DNA of 64,000 nt from Mucilaginibacter sp. (GTDB lineage: Bacteria > Bacteroidota > Bacteroidia > Sphingobacteriales > Sphingobacteriaceae). The position numbers were made by a program, and so were the translations under genes. The stretch's first letter is position 1. The number at the start of each line of letters is the position of its first letter. The notes below the pieces were generated by a model. That model saw only the letters and a program-made list of their open reading frames with translations. It did no database searches and was not told the origin of the DNA. The stretch spans positions 4,586-68,585 of the forward strand of contig NZ_JBAZRC010000006.1 in NCBI RefSeq assembly GCF_041663085.1, read 5' to 3'. Of the stretch, positions 1 to 10,110 are shown in pieces.

Positions 1-804
1 ATGGAAGAAGTTATCCGTTTGATGCTGATACCAAAAGACCCTGAGGATTCTAAAAACGCCATGATCGAGATACGTGGTGGTACAGGTGGTGATGAGGCCG
101 CGCTTTTTGCAGGCGACCTTTACCGTATGTATATGCGTTATTGCGAACGCCGCGGCTGGAAAACCGAACTGGTTGATTACACCGAAGGTACTGCCGGCGG
201 TTATAAAGAGATCGTATTTAGTGTAAACGCCGAGGATGCTTACGGCAACTTTAAATATGAAAGCGGCGTGCACCGTGTACAGCGTGTGCCCGATACCGAA
301 ACCCAGGGCCGTGTGCATACATCTGCTGCATCGGTAGTGGTACTGCCCGAGGTTGATGAGTTTGATATTGATTTACAGGTAAGTGATATCCGCAAGGACT
401 TGTTCTGTGCATCTGGTCCGGGTGGCCAGTCGGTAAATACCACCTATTCTGCCGTACGTTTAACGCACATCCCTACAGGTATAGTGGCACAGTGCCAGGA
501 TCAAAAATCGCAGTTAAAAAACTATGATAAAGCTTTAGGCGTATTACGCTCGCGTGTTTACGAAATGGAACTGCAAAAGCACCTGGAAGAAACCTCTAAA
601 AGGCGTAAAACCATGGTTGCCACCGGCGACAGGAGCGCTAAAGTGCGTACCTATAACTATCCGCAAGGCCGCTTAACCGAGCACCGCATAGGGTTAACCA
701 TCTATAATTTAACCGGTGTTATGAACGGCGATTTGCAGGAAATTATGGAAGCACTGCAATTTGCAGAGAACGCCGAAAGGTTAAAAGAAGGTACAGCAGC
801 CTAA
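1..804 (+). CDS. prfA: peptide chain release factor 1 (N-terminus cut by window edge)
   Basis: The ORF runs off the 5' edge. It has an RF1-type PxT context '[17 protein letters not shown]' and the GGQ motif 'GPGGQSVNT'. Confidence 0.9.
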   Translation: MEEVIRLMLIPKDPEDSKNAMIEIRGGTGGDEAALFAGDLYRMYMRYCERRGWKTELVDYTEGTAGGYKEIVFSVNAEDAYGNFKYESGVHRVQRVPDTETQGRVHTSAASVVVLPEVDEFDIDLQVSDIRKDLFCASGPGGQSVNTTYSAVRLTHIPTGIVAQCQDQKSQLKNYDKALGVLRSRVYEMELQKHLEETSKRRKTMVATGDRSAKVRTYNYPQGRLTEHRIGLTIYNLTGVMNGDLQEIMEALQFAENAERLKEGTAA

Positions 805-827
805 AAAATTATTATAATTATAAAATT

Positions 828-852
828 GAAAGCACCTATATGGTGCTTTTTT
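828..852 (+). terminator. rho-independent terminator after prfA
   Basis: 6-bp stem agcacc/ggtgct (831-836 / 842-847) with a 5-nt loop, followed by a T-run at 847-852. Confidence 0.6.
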
Positions 853-983
853 CATTTATAGAAACCCGCATTTCATGCCAATTTCATAATGCCCCACTAT
901 TTTAGCGTTTGTGGAGTTGCGTTTACATATTATGTTACGTAATTGTAAATACAACAACTTAACTGTTTATAACGCTATTACTT

Positions 984-1937
984 ATGCTGGCAGTAAAAAA
1001 TTTAACAGGCACTTCAACCATTTTTAACCGCGAGGTTCGTTTAATGGGCAACAGGTTCGAGATCAGTTTAGTAGCTAATGACCATATTTGGGCGCTGGCA
1101 CGTATTGATAGCGCTATTAGCGAAATAAACCGGGTTGAAAAATTATTAAGCACGTTTAATGAAGACAGCTCTATAAATGCCATTAACCGTAATGCGGGCG
1201 TGCAGCCGGTACGCGTAGATGCAGAAACCTTCAGGATAATTGACAGGGCTATACAAATATCGTCCCTTACTGATGGCTCATTTGATATTACCTACAACAC
1301 GGTGAATACTGATGCCGACGATATGTATACCCCTGTTGCTGTTGCCCCTGCTAAAAAGTTAAAAAAGAAAATAAGCCTTACCAACTATACCAATGTTGTG
1401 CTAAACTTTGATGCACAAACCGTATTTCTTAAAAACAAAGGTATGCGTATAGGTTTTGGCGCCATAAGCCGCGGTTATGCCGCCGACAGGGCAAAATACA
1501 TATTACAAATGGAAGGCGTTAGCAGCGGTGTTATTAACGCCGGTGGCGACCTGCTTACCTGGGGCCTGCAACCCGACAATACCCCCTGGACCATTGCCAC
1601 TGCCGATCCCTCACAGGCCAACCAGCCTTATGCTGCGGTAAATATCAGCAACATGGCGGTTGCAACATCTTACAATACAGAAAAATATACCAGTATCAAT
1701 AACATCAAAGCTAAAACCGATATTAACCCCGAGAACGGTTTTCCGGTTAGTAAAATTGAAAGCGTAAGCGTTATTACACCCGGTGCCGAACTTGCCGATG
1801 CCATGGCCACCCCTATTATTGCCATGGGCGTAAACGCCGGTTTATATTTAATAAACAAGCTTAACCAAATAGCGTGCATCATTGTTGATGACCATGCACG
1901 TGTATATACATCAAAAAATATAAGTGTGATGATGTAA
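984..1937 (+). CDS. apbE: FAD:protein FMN transferase (ApbE family)
   Basis: ApbE-like pattern: 'MGNRFEISL', 'SSINAINRNAG..PVRVD', 'DGSFDIT', 'GFGAISRGYAADRA'. Confidence 0.8.
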   Translation: MLAVKNLTGTSTIFNREVRLMGNRFEISLVANDHIWALARIDSAISEINRVEKLLSTFNEDSSINAINRNAGVQPVRVDAETFRIIDRAIQISSLTDGSFDITYNTVNTDADDMYTPVAVAPAKKLKKKISLTNYTNVVLNFDAQTVFLKNKGMRIGFGAISRGYAADRAKYILQMEGVSSGVINAGGDLLTWGLQPDNTPWTIATADPSQANQPYAAVNISNMAVATSYNTEKYTSINNIKAKTDINPENGFPVSKIESVSVITPGAELADAMATPIIAMGVNAGLYLINKLNQIACIIVDDHARVYTSKNISVMM

Positions 1938-2104
1938 GCCCAATGCTTACCTTTACCATAAACCTATTATACAATACTTTAACGCGCTAAATAAACAGGG
2001 ATAAAGCCCCGTGTGTTTAGCGCATTTTTACATACAATAATTTAATACACCTATACGCGGTTGCCTGCGTATCTTTGCAATATTAAAGTGTTTCTCCCCT
2101 TCAA

Positions 2105-2443
2105 ATGATAAAGTGGTTTTTGTATATTGTACTTTTACTGATATTCGCACCACGTTTGTCATACGCTAAAAGCAGTGCACGCTTTCACAGTAATCTTTTT
2201 CATGCTCACAGTACTGTATCATTTAACACAATTTATTCGTTACAACAAGATACAACTTTAACAAAAGGCAAACAAAAGCAATCAGAAGAAGACAAAAAGA
2301 AAATCAAGGAGGTTGCCAAGGCCAAAAAACAGCCGAAGCCCGAAAAGATAGAAACTGTTGACCCGGCAAAACCAAAACCTAAACGGCAGCGCAGGCCCGA
2401 AGGGTTGGAACGGCCACCCGAAATACCAAGGAGAAACGACTAA
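2105..2443 (+). CDS. hypothetical secreted Lys/Pro-rich protein
   Basis: N-terminal signal-like helix 'MIKWFLYIVLLLIFAPRLSYA' followed by a low-complexity K/P/E/R tail. I recognise no family. Confidence 0.4.
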   Translation: MIKWFLYIVLLLIFAPRLSYAKSSARFHSNLFHAHSTVSFNTIYSLQQDTTLTKGKQKQSEEDKKKIKEVAKAKKQPKPEKIETVDPAKPKPKRQRRPEGLERPPEIPRRND

Positions 2444-2459
2444 TATTACAGCTACATTA

Positions 2460-3338
2460 ATGAGATATTTTGGCGCCCTGTTATTTATTATTACTTGCAA
2501 TGCATTACATGCCGCTGCAGTAAAGCCGTTTATGGTAAAATACCGCGACGGGTATGCAGTTGCAGATACGGATACCGTTGTGCGTAAAACCTCGGTATCT
2601 GCAGGGATAAGCTACGGCAGCGATGCGCTTTTTTTCGGCCGTACGGGCCCCATTAAATACCCGTTCATGTCTACCGATCTTATTATTAATACAAAGCCCG
2701 GTTTTTTTGTATATGGTTCGGCTGTAAAAGTATTGGGCTACAAGCCCCTGGTTGATGAGATAGACCTTGGCGGCGGCTATTATTATCGCCTCTCTAAAAA
2801 ATTCACCGGTACGGTAAGTTATACACGCTTCATATTTAACAAAGAAGCCAATATCATCAAATCATCCGCATCTAACGATATTAACTGGAAGAATAGTTTT
2901 GATTGGAAATACCTTAAAACAAGCGCTACGGTTGATTACCTTTTCGGCAAATCGTACGATGTTTTTACGACCATCAGCAACTCCAAATATTTCGAAAGCA
3001 GCTTTAATATTTTTAACGATCAGGATTTTATTTCTGTTAACCCAAGCGTTAACCTCATTTTTGGCACACAAAACTTTGTGCAGCGATACGCAGTTGACCA
3101 TGATACCCGCTTAGAAGTTGACAACATTGCTGTTGTAAATGAAAATGGCCGCCGCGCCAGGGCAAATGCTAAATTTAATATGCTGAATTATAGCTTTAAA
3201 ATACCCCTGGCTTATAATATGCCGCACTATACGCTGGAGGCTTCCTATAAATATTCTATCCCGGTAAACGTGGAAGGGGTTTTAAAAAATCGCCGCGAAT
3301 CGTTTTTTAATTTCACCTTTTATTACGTGTTTTATTAG
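2460..3338 (+). CDS. hypothetical outer-membrane beta-barrel-like protein
   Basis: Internal ATG at 2460 gives the signal peptide 'MRYFGALLFIITCNALHA'. The sequence has alternating beta-strand-like character and an aromatic C-terminus '..FYYVFY'. The track start at 2358 overlaps the upstream ORF. Confidence 0.5.
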   Translation: MRYFGALLFIITCNALHAAAVKPFMVKYRDGYAVADTDTVVRKTSVSAGISYGSDALFFGRTGPIKYPFMSTDLIINTKPGFFVYGSAVKVLGYKPLVDEIDLGGGYYYRLSKKFTGTVSYTRFIFNKEANIIKSSASNDINWKNSFDWKYLKTSATVDYLFGKSYDVFTTISNSKYFESSFNIFNDQDFISVNPSVNLIFGTQNFVQRYAVDHDTRLEVDNIAVVNENGRRARANAKFNMLNYSFKIPLAYNMPHYTLEASYKYSIPVNVEGVLKNRRESFFNFTFYYVFY

Positions 3339-4022
3339 ATGAATGTATTGATCATTGAGGACGAAAAGGCACTTGCCCACGAACTGGAATTTTTCCTGGT
3401 GAAGAATAACTACATCTGCGAAATTTGCTATGATGGCGCATCAGCGTCAGAAAAAATCGCTGTTAACCTGTATGATTTTATCCTGCTTGACCTTGGCCTG
3501 CCGGATTACGAAGGGCTTGATTTGCTAAGAGAGGCAAAAAAGGCAAACCCCGAGGCAGCGTGTATTATCCTTACTGCCCGCGCCGAAGTTACCGACCGCG
3601 TAAAGGGCCTTGACCTTGGCGCAGATGATTACCTGGCAAAACCATTTTCGCTTTTAGAGCTGCAGAGCCGCATGCAGGCCATCACCCGCAGAAAATTTGG
3701 CATTACCCAAACGGTTATAGATCTGGATGGCTTTTTGGTGAATATTACCGACCGTACCATCCTTTATCATGTTAACCCGGTAAACACCATCACTAAAAAG
3801 GAATTTGACCTGATAGCTTATTTACTACTGCATAAAAACCGCACCCTAACCCGCGCCCAGTTAAGCGAGCATATTTGGGGCAGCGTTATTAATGATGACT
3901 ACGACTCGAACTTTATTGATGCACACATAAAAAATATACGTAAAAAACTAAGTGTATTTGCCCCCGCCGATTGGCTGGAAACCGTACGCGGCCTGGGCTA
4001 CCGGATTAAAACAAACGTTTAA
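3339..4022 (+). CDS. OmpR-family response regulator (REC + winged helix)
   Basis: REC motifs 'LIIEDE', 'DFILLDLGLPD', 'ILTAR', 'GADDYLAKPF'. C-terminal 'LTKKEFDLIAYLL...VRGLGYRI'. Confidence 0.9.
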   Translation: MNVLIIEDEKALAHELEFFLVKNNYICEICYDGASASEKIAVNLYDFILLDLGLPDYEGLDLLREAKKANPEAACIILTARAEVTDRVKGLDLGADDYLAKPFSLLELQSRMQAITRRKFGITQTVIDLDGFLVNITDRTILYHVNPVNTITKKEFDLIAYLLLHKNRTLTRAQLSEHIWGSVINDDYDSNFIDAHIKNIRKKLSVFAPADWLETVRGLGYRIKTNV

Positions 4023-4026
4023 GTAT

Positions 4027-5361
4027 TTGAAACTCCAAACCAAACTTACACTGTTTAATGCCATATCAAAACTGGTTATTGTAACCCTTTTTATCCTGCT
4101 GCTGCCCAATATTATCGAAAAAATAAATAAAAACTATACCGATAACCGCCTGGTAAAGCAAAAGGATAAGTTTTTGCAAAAGGTGAGGGATAACGGCATT
4201 AAATACTATATAGAAGACGGAGATAACTATGGCAGTTACCTGCCGTTGAAAGAAGAGTTCATCAGCCTGGAGATAGTAAACTATGATTTAGATACGATTA
4301 GGGACGAGCGGCGCATTGTGGAGCGCGACACCATTGACTACCGCATATTAAGCCACACTTTTAAAGCCGGTAAAAAAAATTATTTGCTTGAGATAGGCAA
4401 GAGTGCCGAAACCATTGGCGAAACCACCGGGCCGCTGCAAAACATAGCTTTCCAGATATTACTGGGGATGATACTGCTCACCATCCTGGCAGATCAGATC
4501 TACTCTAACTACATCCTGCGCCCGTTAAGCATCATTATCCGCACCAAGCTTATTGGCAACAAATTCCCCAAGCTTACGGTTTACAAGGAGGTTAAAACCA
4601 GCACCTCTGATTTTCAACACCTTGACCTGAGCATACACAAAATGGTGGAAACCATTGAAACTACCTTCCAGAAAGAACGGGAGTTTATATCCAATGCATC
4701 GCACGAACTAATGACCCCTATCTCTATCCTGCAATCAAAAATTGAGAATATGTTTGAGCAGGATGATATTGCCGACGACCTAAAAGTGCGCCTGCTGGAG
4801 ATGCAAAAAATATTGAACCGGTTAAAAAGTATTACCAAAACCCTGCTGCTGATATCGCAGATAGAGAACGACCAGTTTTTGAAGGAAGATATCATATCTG
4901 TGAACGACTTGCTGCAGGATGTTTATGAAGAGATCTCCATCCGCCTGCAGGATAGGAACATTAGCCTGGCCATGCTGGTTATAGATAATGTAGAATTGCT
5001 TGGCGTAAATAAATTCCTGTTGTTTAACCTGCTGTTCAATTTGATTAATAACGCTATTAAATATAACCGCCCCGATGGCGAAATAACAGTTACGGGGCAG
5101 TGGGTAAGAAACAATTACACCATTAAAATAACAGATACCGGCATTGGTATTGCAGCCGAAGAATTGCCGTATATATTTAACCGTTTTAAAAAAATGAAGC
5201 AATCACTTTCCCAGGATAGCTTCGGGCTGGGCCTGCCTATTGTAAAGTCTATAGCGGGGTTTCACCAGATAGGTATAGATGTAGTTTCTGAGAAAGGGGT
5301 TGGCAGTACATTTACCTTAACTTTCCCCATAAAACTTACCGGCAATGCGCCCATACTATAA
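4027..5361 (+). CDS. sensor histidine kinase (two TM segments, HisKA + HATPase_c)
   Basis: H-box 'SNASHELMTPISIL', N-box 'LINNAIKYN', G-boxes 'DTGIGI' and 'GLGLPIV'. The track start at 3952 overlaps the regulator by 71 nt. An in-frame TTG at 4027 sits just after the regulator stop. The exact start is uncertain. Confidence 0.85.
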   Translation: MKLQTKLTLFNAISKLVIVTLFILLLPNIIEKINKNYTDNRLVKQKDKFLQKVRDNGIKYYIEDGDNYGSYLPLKEEFISLEIVNYDLDTIRDERRIVERDTIDYRILSHTFKAGKKNYLLEIGKSAETIGETTGPLQNIAFQILLGMILLTILADQIYSNYILRPLSIIIRTKLIGNKFPKLTVYKEVKTSTSDFQHLDLSIHKMVETIETTFQKEREFISNASHELMTPISILQSKIENMFEQDDIADDLKVRLLEMQKILNRLKSITKTLLLISQIENDQFLKEDIISVNDLLQDVYEEISIRLQDRNISLAMLVIDNVELLGVNKFLLFNLLFNLINNAIKYNRPDGEITVTGQWVRNNYTIKITDTGIGIAAEELPYIFNRFKKMKQSLSQDSFGLGLPIVKSIAGFHQIGIDVVSEKGVGSTFTLTFPIKLTGNAPIL

Positions 5362-5505
5362 TTGTTGTACTAAATAAAAGGCAGCACTGCATAGCTTATT
5401 ATTTAGCGTATTATTGTTAACGCACCGTTATTTTCTCAAATCTTAAAAATATGTTGTTATAGTATGGATTGGTTTTCAAAATATCCGTAATATTTTAATA
5501 ATATA

Positions 5506-5513
5506 TAGTTTTG
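5506..5513 (+). promoter_or_regulatory. candidate Bacteroidetes -7 promoter box (TAnnTTTG)
   Basis: 'tagttttg' matches TAnnTTTG and lies 55 nt upstream of the ATG at 5568. Confidence 0.3.
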
Positions 5514-5567
5514 GTCTTTGGCATTCGCTTTGCAAATAATCAATTAATTACACACACCAATTTAAAA

Positions 5568-6248
5568 ATGAAAACACTAAAAATAAAAATTGCTACGTAT
5601 AGCATTGCATTAGCCTCATTAGGCATATTAGGCTCTGGCTGCGATTCATTAACCAAAACCCAAAAAGGCGCGGCTATAGGCGCAGGTGCCGGTGGTACCA
5701 TAGGTGCATTTATTGGTAAGGCAGCAGGGAACACTGCATTAGGAGCAATTATTGGTGGTGCCGTTGGTGGTACAGCCGGTGCATTTATTGGCCGTAACAT
5801 GGACAGGCAGGCTGCCGAAATTAAACAAACCGTACCGGGCGCAACCGTAACCCGCGAAGGTGAAGGTATATTGGTTAAATTTGATTCAGGTATCTTGTTC
5901 GATACCAACTCATCAGATTTAAAACCCGCTGCACGTACAAACCTTGCTAACCTGGCAGCATCATTACAAAACAACCCACAAACAAACATCTTAATTGTGG
6001 GCCATACAGATAATACCGGTACCGATGAGTATAACCAAAACCTTTCTGTACGCAGGGCCGAATCTGTAAAAGCATATATCTCTGCAAATAGTGTGGCTAA
6101 CTCACGTTTAAGCACAAGCGGCAAAGGTGAAAGCGAGCCAATTGCAGATAACAATACCGTTGAAGGCCGCAGCCAAAACCGCAGGGTTGAAATTGTGATA
6201 GTGGCAAATGATGCCATGAAAAACCAAGCTAAACAAGCAACCAACTAA
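5568..6248 (+). CDS. OmpA-family lipoprotein with glycine-zipper region
   Basis: Lipobox-like 'LGSGC', Gly-zipper 'GAAIGAGAGGTIGAFIGKAAG..', and an OmpA_C motif 'GHTDNTGTDEYNQNLSVRRAESV'. The ATG at 5568 is preferred over the TTG at 5511. Confidence 0.9.
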   Translation: MKTLKIKIATYSIALASLGILGSGCDSLTKTQKGAAIGAGAGGTIGAFIGKAAGNTALGAIIGGAVGGTAGAFIGRNMDRQAAEIKQTVPGATVTREGEGILVKFDSGILFDTNSSDLKPAARTNLANLAASLQNNPQTNILIVGHTDNTGTDEYNQNLSVRRAESVKAYISANSVANSRLSTSGKGESEPIADNNTVEGRSQNRRVEIVIVANDAMKNQAKQATN

Positions 6249-6272
6249 TTTAAGATAAGTTAATAGTTAATC

Positions 6273-6308
6273 AAAAAAGCCCTTGCTGTGCATAGCAAGG
6301 GCTTTTTT
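6273..6308. terminator. bidirectional rho-independent terminator
   Basis: 9-bp stem gcccttgct/agcaagggc (6279-6287 / 6294-6302), flanked by an A-run and a T-run. Confidence 0.65.
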
Positions 6309-6331
6309 ATTTTAATAATATTTTCGTTATT

Positions 6332-6461
6332 ACTCACCCCGACTATGCTTCGCTGGTCGACCCTCTCTGCTGCGCAAAGAGGGTGAGAAAACACATACAG
6401 TTTTAACCCTCTTTCCGCTTGCGGAGAGAGGGTGGTCGAGCGTAGCAACGACCGGGTGAGT
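6332..6461. repeat. palindromic REP/MITE-like element (family 'ggagagagggtggtcgagcg')
   Basis: The left arm 'actcaccccgactatgcttcgctggtcgaccctctct' is the inverted complement of the right arm 'agagagggtggtcgagcgtagcaacgaccgggtgagt'. The right half recurs at 8622-8675. Confidence 0.8.
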
Positions 6462-6529
6462 CAATCGCACAAAGACATTTTTACCCTATTTGAAAGAGGC
6501 ACCATGTAAGGGCAAAGAAGCCTTTATCA

Positions 6530-8299
6530 TTACTTACCTATTGCTTTTGCAACTATCATCGGTTGCAGCGACTTAAAAAAGTGGCTCAGATCTGCAGGCA
6601 ATACCCCATTCACTACACTATTGCTGTGGCAGGTAAAGCACGATTTGCTGGATGTTTGGAAATAGGTTTCCATAGTACTGTTGGCCAAAACGTTGGTACC
6701 TACTGCCGATCCTGGTGCAGAAAATTCGGCGCTGTAACTTTTCCCGTTTGGTGCCGCACCTTTTTCTGTCCAGGTAGCGCCTATCAGCAGGTAATTTGCC
6801 CGCACATCACCCGGCGAAAGTAATGCCTCAACTGTTTTGTTGATCGATATCAATTCGGTATTAGAGGCCGCCGCAGATTTAGACCTTGGGTTAGCTATCC
6901 CGAAAGCACCCCAGGCAAAAACGCGCTGCGTGTTACTTGCACTGATAGTTTGGCCGGTCTCAGCAGTGATGTAAGGCACCGTTTTGCGTTGCGCATCGCG
7001 GTTACCCATGTGCGGAACGTTTACAGTTGTGGCAGACGCATTGCTTGAAAAAACCCATCCGGTACCGGTATCCGCAGGTTGCGTGGCTGTTTTACCATCT
7101 TTAGTAATATAGTCATAAGCGGTGTTTGGTGTGATGCCGTTATGCTCATAAGTAGCCCAGATCATCTCCGGGTGGCCGGCGACACTACCCACGATGTGCA
7201 TACCCACCATCGCCATCATAACCGTTTTTTCACCCTTTGGCGTCCATTTGGTATTACTGGTGGTATCGTAAACCGGGATGGTAGCTTTCACCTGGAAGTA
7301 TTGAGCTGCATCGGGCAAAGAACTGGCTTCCACCCACGATGTTTTAATCTCCAGCGCAAGCGCGTTAGAATCGGGCAGCGTGTGGCCGGTTTTACGTGCA
7401 TAGGCCGTAACACTGTCCCGTTCGGCGGCGGTTATGGGGAAGTGGTTGCCGTTCAGTACGCCATTTTTAACGCCGGTCATATAATAAGCATATACGTCAT
7501 TTACCGACGACAGGTAGTAAACCAGCGAGCCCTGTTTAGACATCAGCACGTGGCCGGTAGCCTGGCCCACTTCTGATTGTGTAAGCTTGCCTTTCGAGTC
7601 AAGGAACACAAAATGGTTGCCCACTTTAAAACGCGCCACAAAATTCTCTTTAACCGCATGGCGAATAAGTGCTTTTGGATGGGCTATCTCATTATTTTTA
7701 CTGTCTTTAAAATGAAGTATCCCCCTGGCATCCTGTTGAACGCTGGCCACTTCCTGCGAGCCGGGTTTATCACTCTTTACTAAGGCGGGTGTATTTTCTT
7801 CAGGGCCGGCATTTTCTATCTCCAGCAATCTGCCGGTGCTGTCTTCCATTACAGGCAAACCGTTAGGGCCGGTTTTGTTGATGTTGTTAGTCATGTTTAA
7901 AACCCTTTTTGCATCGTGCGGCACCAGCCTGCGCTCGTTATTTACAATGGCCGAAACATCATAAAACAATGACGACTCCAGTACAGACCCGCCCTGTTTT
8001 ACAGGCGAGGTAAGCCAAAGCAGCATATGTTCAGACCAATCATAAAAATCGCAGTTGCCCTTTGTTACAGAAAAGTCAACACTGTTTGCCGGCGTAACCA
8101 ATCCGTTAAGAGACACTTTACCATCGGCAAACCAGCCGGCAAATTCCGAATCGGAAATGGCGCAAACGGGGTTTACATCATCGGGCAGCAGGTTTTTGGT
8201 TACAGAAGATGCGGTGGCTTCTGTTTTTGGTGCGCTGCAGCGCCATAATACAACAACCAGCAGGCAAAGCAATGCGGTTATCAATACTTGTTTTTTCAT
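6530..8299 (-). CDS. hypothetical secreted/anchored protein with C-terminal CXXCH
   Basis: 589-aa ORF with an N-terminal hydrophobic signal 'MKKQVLITALLCLLVVVLWRC'. There is a single 'CFTCH' about 40 aa from the C-terminus. I recognise no family. Confidence 0.6.
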   Translation of the reverse strand: MKKQVLITALLCLLVVVLWRCSAPKTEATASSVTKNLLPDDVNPVCAISDSEFAGWFADGKVSLNGLVTPANSVDFSVTKGNCDFYDWSEHMLLWLTSPVKQGGSVLESSLFYDVSAIVNNERRLVPHDAKRVLNMTNNINKTGPNGLPVMEDSTGRLLEIENAGPEENTPALVKSDKPGSQEVASVQQDARGILHFKDSKNNEIAHPKALIRHAVKENFVARFKVGNHFVFLDSKGKLTQSEVGQATGHVLMSKQGSLVYYLSSVNDVYAYYMTGVKNGVLNGNHFPITAAERDSVTAYARKTGHTLPDSNALALEIKTSWVEASSLPDAAQYFQVKATIPVYDTTSNTKWTPKGEKTVMMAMVGMHIVGSVAGHPEMIWATYEHNGITPNTAYDYITKDGKTATQPADTGTGWVFSSNASATTVNVPHMGNRDAQRKTVPYITAETGQTISASNTQRVFAWGAFGIANPRSKSAAASNTELISINKTVEALLSPGDVRANYLLIGATWTEKGAAPNGKSYSAEFSAPGSAVGTNVLANSTMETYFQTSSKSCFTCHSNSVVNGVLPADLSHFFKSLQPMIVAKAIGK

Positions 8300-8487
8300 T
8301 TTGAGTGTGATTTGGTTAAAGGTTGTTAAGTTTGGCTTTCAAGGCTTACAGCCTGCAATTTCAACAATGCTATAAATTACTGATAACCAGTACGTAAATA
8401 TTAAAAAATACAACTAACGGGAATACCCTCAAAACGTCTTATTAGGCGGGGGTAAAAACGTCTTTTTGTTTTCGCGTACAATTAACT

Positions 8488-8603
8488 CTGCTACCGCAAG
8501 CGTCCCGCTTGTGGGTTTAGGACGGCTTGACTAAGCTAAGTTTACACAATATGCTATGCGTTTACCGGGCATGCGGCCACAAGCGGGACGCTTACGGTAG
8601 CGG
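8488..8603. repeat. palindromic REP-like element (family 'accgcaagcgtcccgcttgtgg')
   Basis: Arms 'ctgctaccgcaagcgtcccgcttgtgg' and 'ccacaagcgggacgcttacggtagcgg' are inverted complements about 60 nt apart. Confidence 0.75.
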
Positions 8604-8621
8604 GTGAAGAGAATGGCAAAA

Positions 8622-8675
8622 CCCCTTTCCGCTTGCGGAGAGAGGGTGGTCGAGCGAAGCAATGACCGGGTGAGT
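8622..8675. repeat. half copy of the 6332-6461 repeat family
   Basis: 'cccctttccgcttgcggagagagggtggtcgagcgaagcaatgaccgggtgagt' is near-identical to 6407-6461 and in the same orientation. Confidence 0.8.
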
Positions 8676-8726
8676 TGACTTGCAAAGCGCCCTTTAAGCT
8701 TCTGTGCTTTTTTGTACCTTTGCCGC

Positions 8727-10100
8727 ATGGCATCCATCAAACCATCTGTACCAAAGGGCACCCGCGATTTCTCTCCCGCCGAAATGGCAAAGCGTAACTT
8801 TATTTTTGATACCATTAAAGGCGTATTCAGGAAATACGGTTACCAGCAGATAGAAACCCCTTCGATGGAAAACCTCAGCACCCTTACCGGCAAATACGGT
8901 GATGAGGGTGATAAATTGATATTTAAGATCTTAAACAGCGGTGATTTTTTAGCCAAGGCAGATGAGCAGGCATTAGCCGCGCGCAACTCAAACCAGGCAA
9001 CTGCATCTATCTCCGAAAAAGCCCTGCGCTACGACCTTACTGTGCCTTTCGCCCGTTACGTTGTACAGCACCAAAACGAAATCACATTCCCTTTTAAACG
9101 TTTCCAGGTGCAGCCGGTATGGCGGGCAGACAGGCCGCAAAAAGGCCGTTACCGCGAGTTTTACCAGTGTGATGCTGATGTAGTTGGCTCGGCATCATTA
9201 CTGAACGAGGCGGAATTTATCATGATCTATGACGAAGCTTTAAGCCTGCTTGGTTTAAAGGATTTCAGCATCAAAATAAACAATAGAAAAATACTATCGG
9301 GCATCGCACAAGTGATAGACAAAAACGATAGCATTATTGACATGACCGTAGCTATCGACAAGCTGGATAAGATAGGTTTCGACGGCGTGGTAAAAGAACT
9401 GCTTGAGCGTGGCTTCACCCAGGCAGATATCGATCATATCAAACCTATCATCCTGCTGGAAGGCACAAACGATGAAAAGCTTGCCAGTCTACGCGCCGCT
9501 TTACAAAATTCAGAGATCGGCCTGAAAGGTTGTGATGAAATAGAAACCGTATTTAATTACGTAGCAGCCTGCAAACCATTAACCGCCAAACTTGAGCTTG
9601 ACATCACCCTTGCACGTGGCTTAAACTACTACACCGGCGCTATCTTCGAAGTAAAAACCAACGAGGTGGCCATGGGCAGCATCGGCGGCGGTGGCCGTTA
9701 TGACGACCTTACCGGCATGTTCGGTTTAAAAGGCCTTACCGGCGCGGGTATCTCTTTTGGTGCCGACCGGATCTACGATGTACTGGAAGAACTGAACCTG
9801 TTCCCGCAATCGGCAGAGCAAAGTACGCAGGTACTTATTTGCTGTTTTGATGAGCAGGGCGAAAAATATGGCCTGCCCCTGTTGCAAAACCTGCGCGGCC
9901 AAAACATCAATGCCGAACTTTACCCCGCCGGCGCCAAAATTAAAAAGCAAATGGAGTATGCCAATAACAAGCAGATCCCCTACACCGTTTTAATTGGCAG
10001 CGACGAAATGCAGAGCGGCCTGCTTACTTTTAAAAATATGGAAAGTGGTGAACAGGAGAAGCTATCGGCAGATGACATTTTGGACAAGCTTCAGCAATAA
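8727..10100 (+). CDS. hisS: histidine--tRNA ligase
   Basis: 'KGTRDF', 'RYDLTVPFARYV', 'FQVQPVWRADRPQKGRYREFYQCD', 'GGGGRYDDL'. The ATG at 8727 is preferred over the track start. Confidence 0.95.
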   Translation: MASIKPSVPKGTRDFSPAEMAKRNFIFDTIKGVFRKYGYQQIETPSMENLSTLTGKYGDEGDKLIFKILNSGDFLAKADEQALAARNSNQATASISEKALRYDLTVPFARYVVQHQNEITFPFKRFQVQPVWRADRPQKGRYREFYQCDADVVGSASLLNEAEFIMIYDEALSLLGLKDFSIKINNRKILSGIAQVIDKNDSIIDMTVAIDKLDKIGFDGVVKELLERGFTQADIDHIKPIILLEGTNDEKLASLRAALQNSEIGLKGCDEIETVFNYVAACKPLTAKLELDITLARGLNYYTGAIFEVKTNEVAMGSIGGGGRYDDLTGMFGLKGLTGAGISFGADRIYDVLEELNLFPQSAEQSTQVLICCFDEQGEKYGLPLLQNLRGQNINAELYPAGAKIKKQMEYANNKQIPYTVLIGSDEMQSGLLTFKNMESGEQEKLSADDILDKLQQ

Positions 10101-10110
10101 TATTAATTAC

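Noticed and set aside
1-804. Programmed +1 frameshift site as in prfB
   Set aside because: The protein has the RF1-type PxT context (PDT), not the SPF of RF2. The frameshift region would in any case lie upstream of the window.
3952-4026. Long N-terminal extensions given by the ORF track (3952, 2358, 5511, 8712, 9994, 26926, 45047, 46614, 51634, 55062, 53124)
   Set aside because: Each extension overlaps the preceding gene or a repeat. Each is followed by an internal start that yields a proper signal peptide or the conserved N-terminus of the family, so the internal starts were preferred. The exact starts remain unverified.
5540-6244. 234-codon antisense ORF opposite the OmpA-family gene
   Set aside because: It is a mirror ORF of a Gly/Ala-rich gene whose sense strand has clear OmpA_C motifs, and its own translation is low-complexity. 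The same reasoning rejects 7079-7576 (+), 33516-34058 (+), 37830-38666 (-), 38672-39163 (-), 38815-39381 (+), 45037-45423 (-) and 50547-51209 (-).
6530-8299. Calling the 589-aa protein a c-type cytochrome
   Set aside because: It has only one CXXCH in 589 residues, no recognisable cytochrome c fold context, and conservation cannot be checked. It is kept as a hypothetical protein with the motif flagged.
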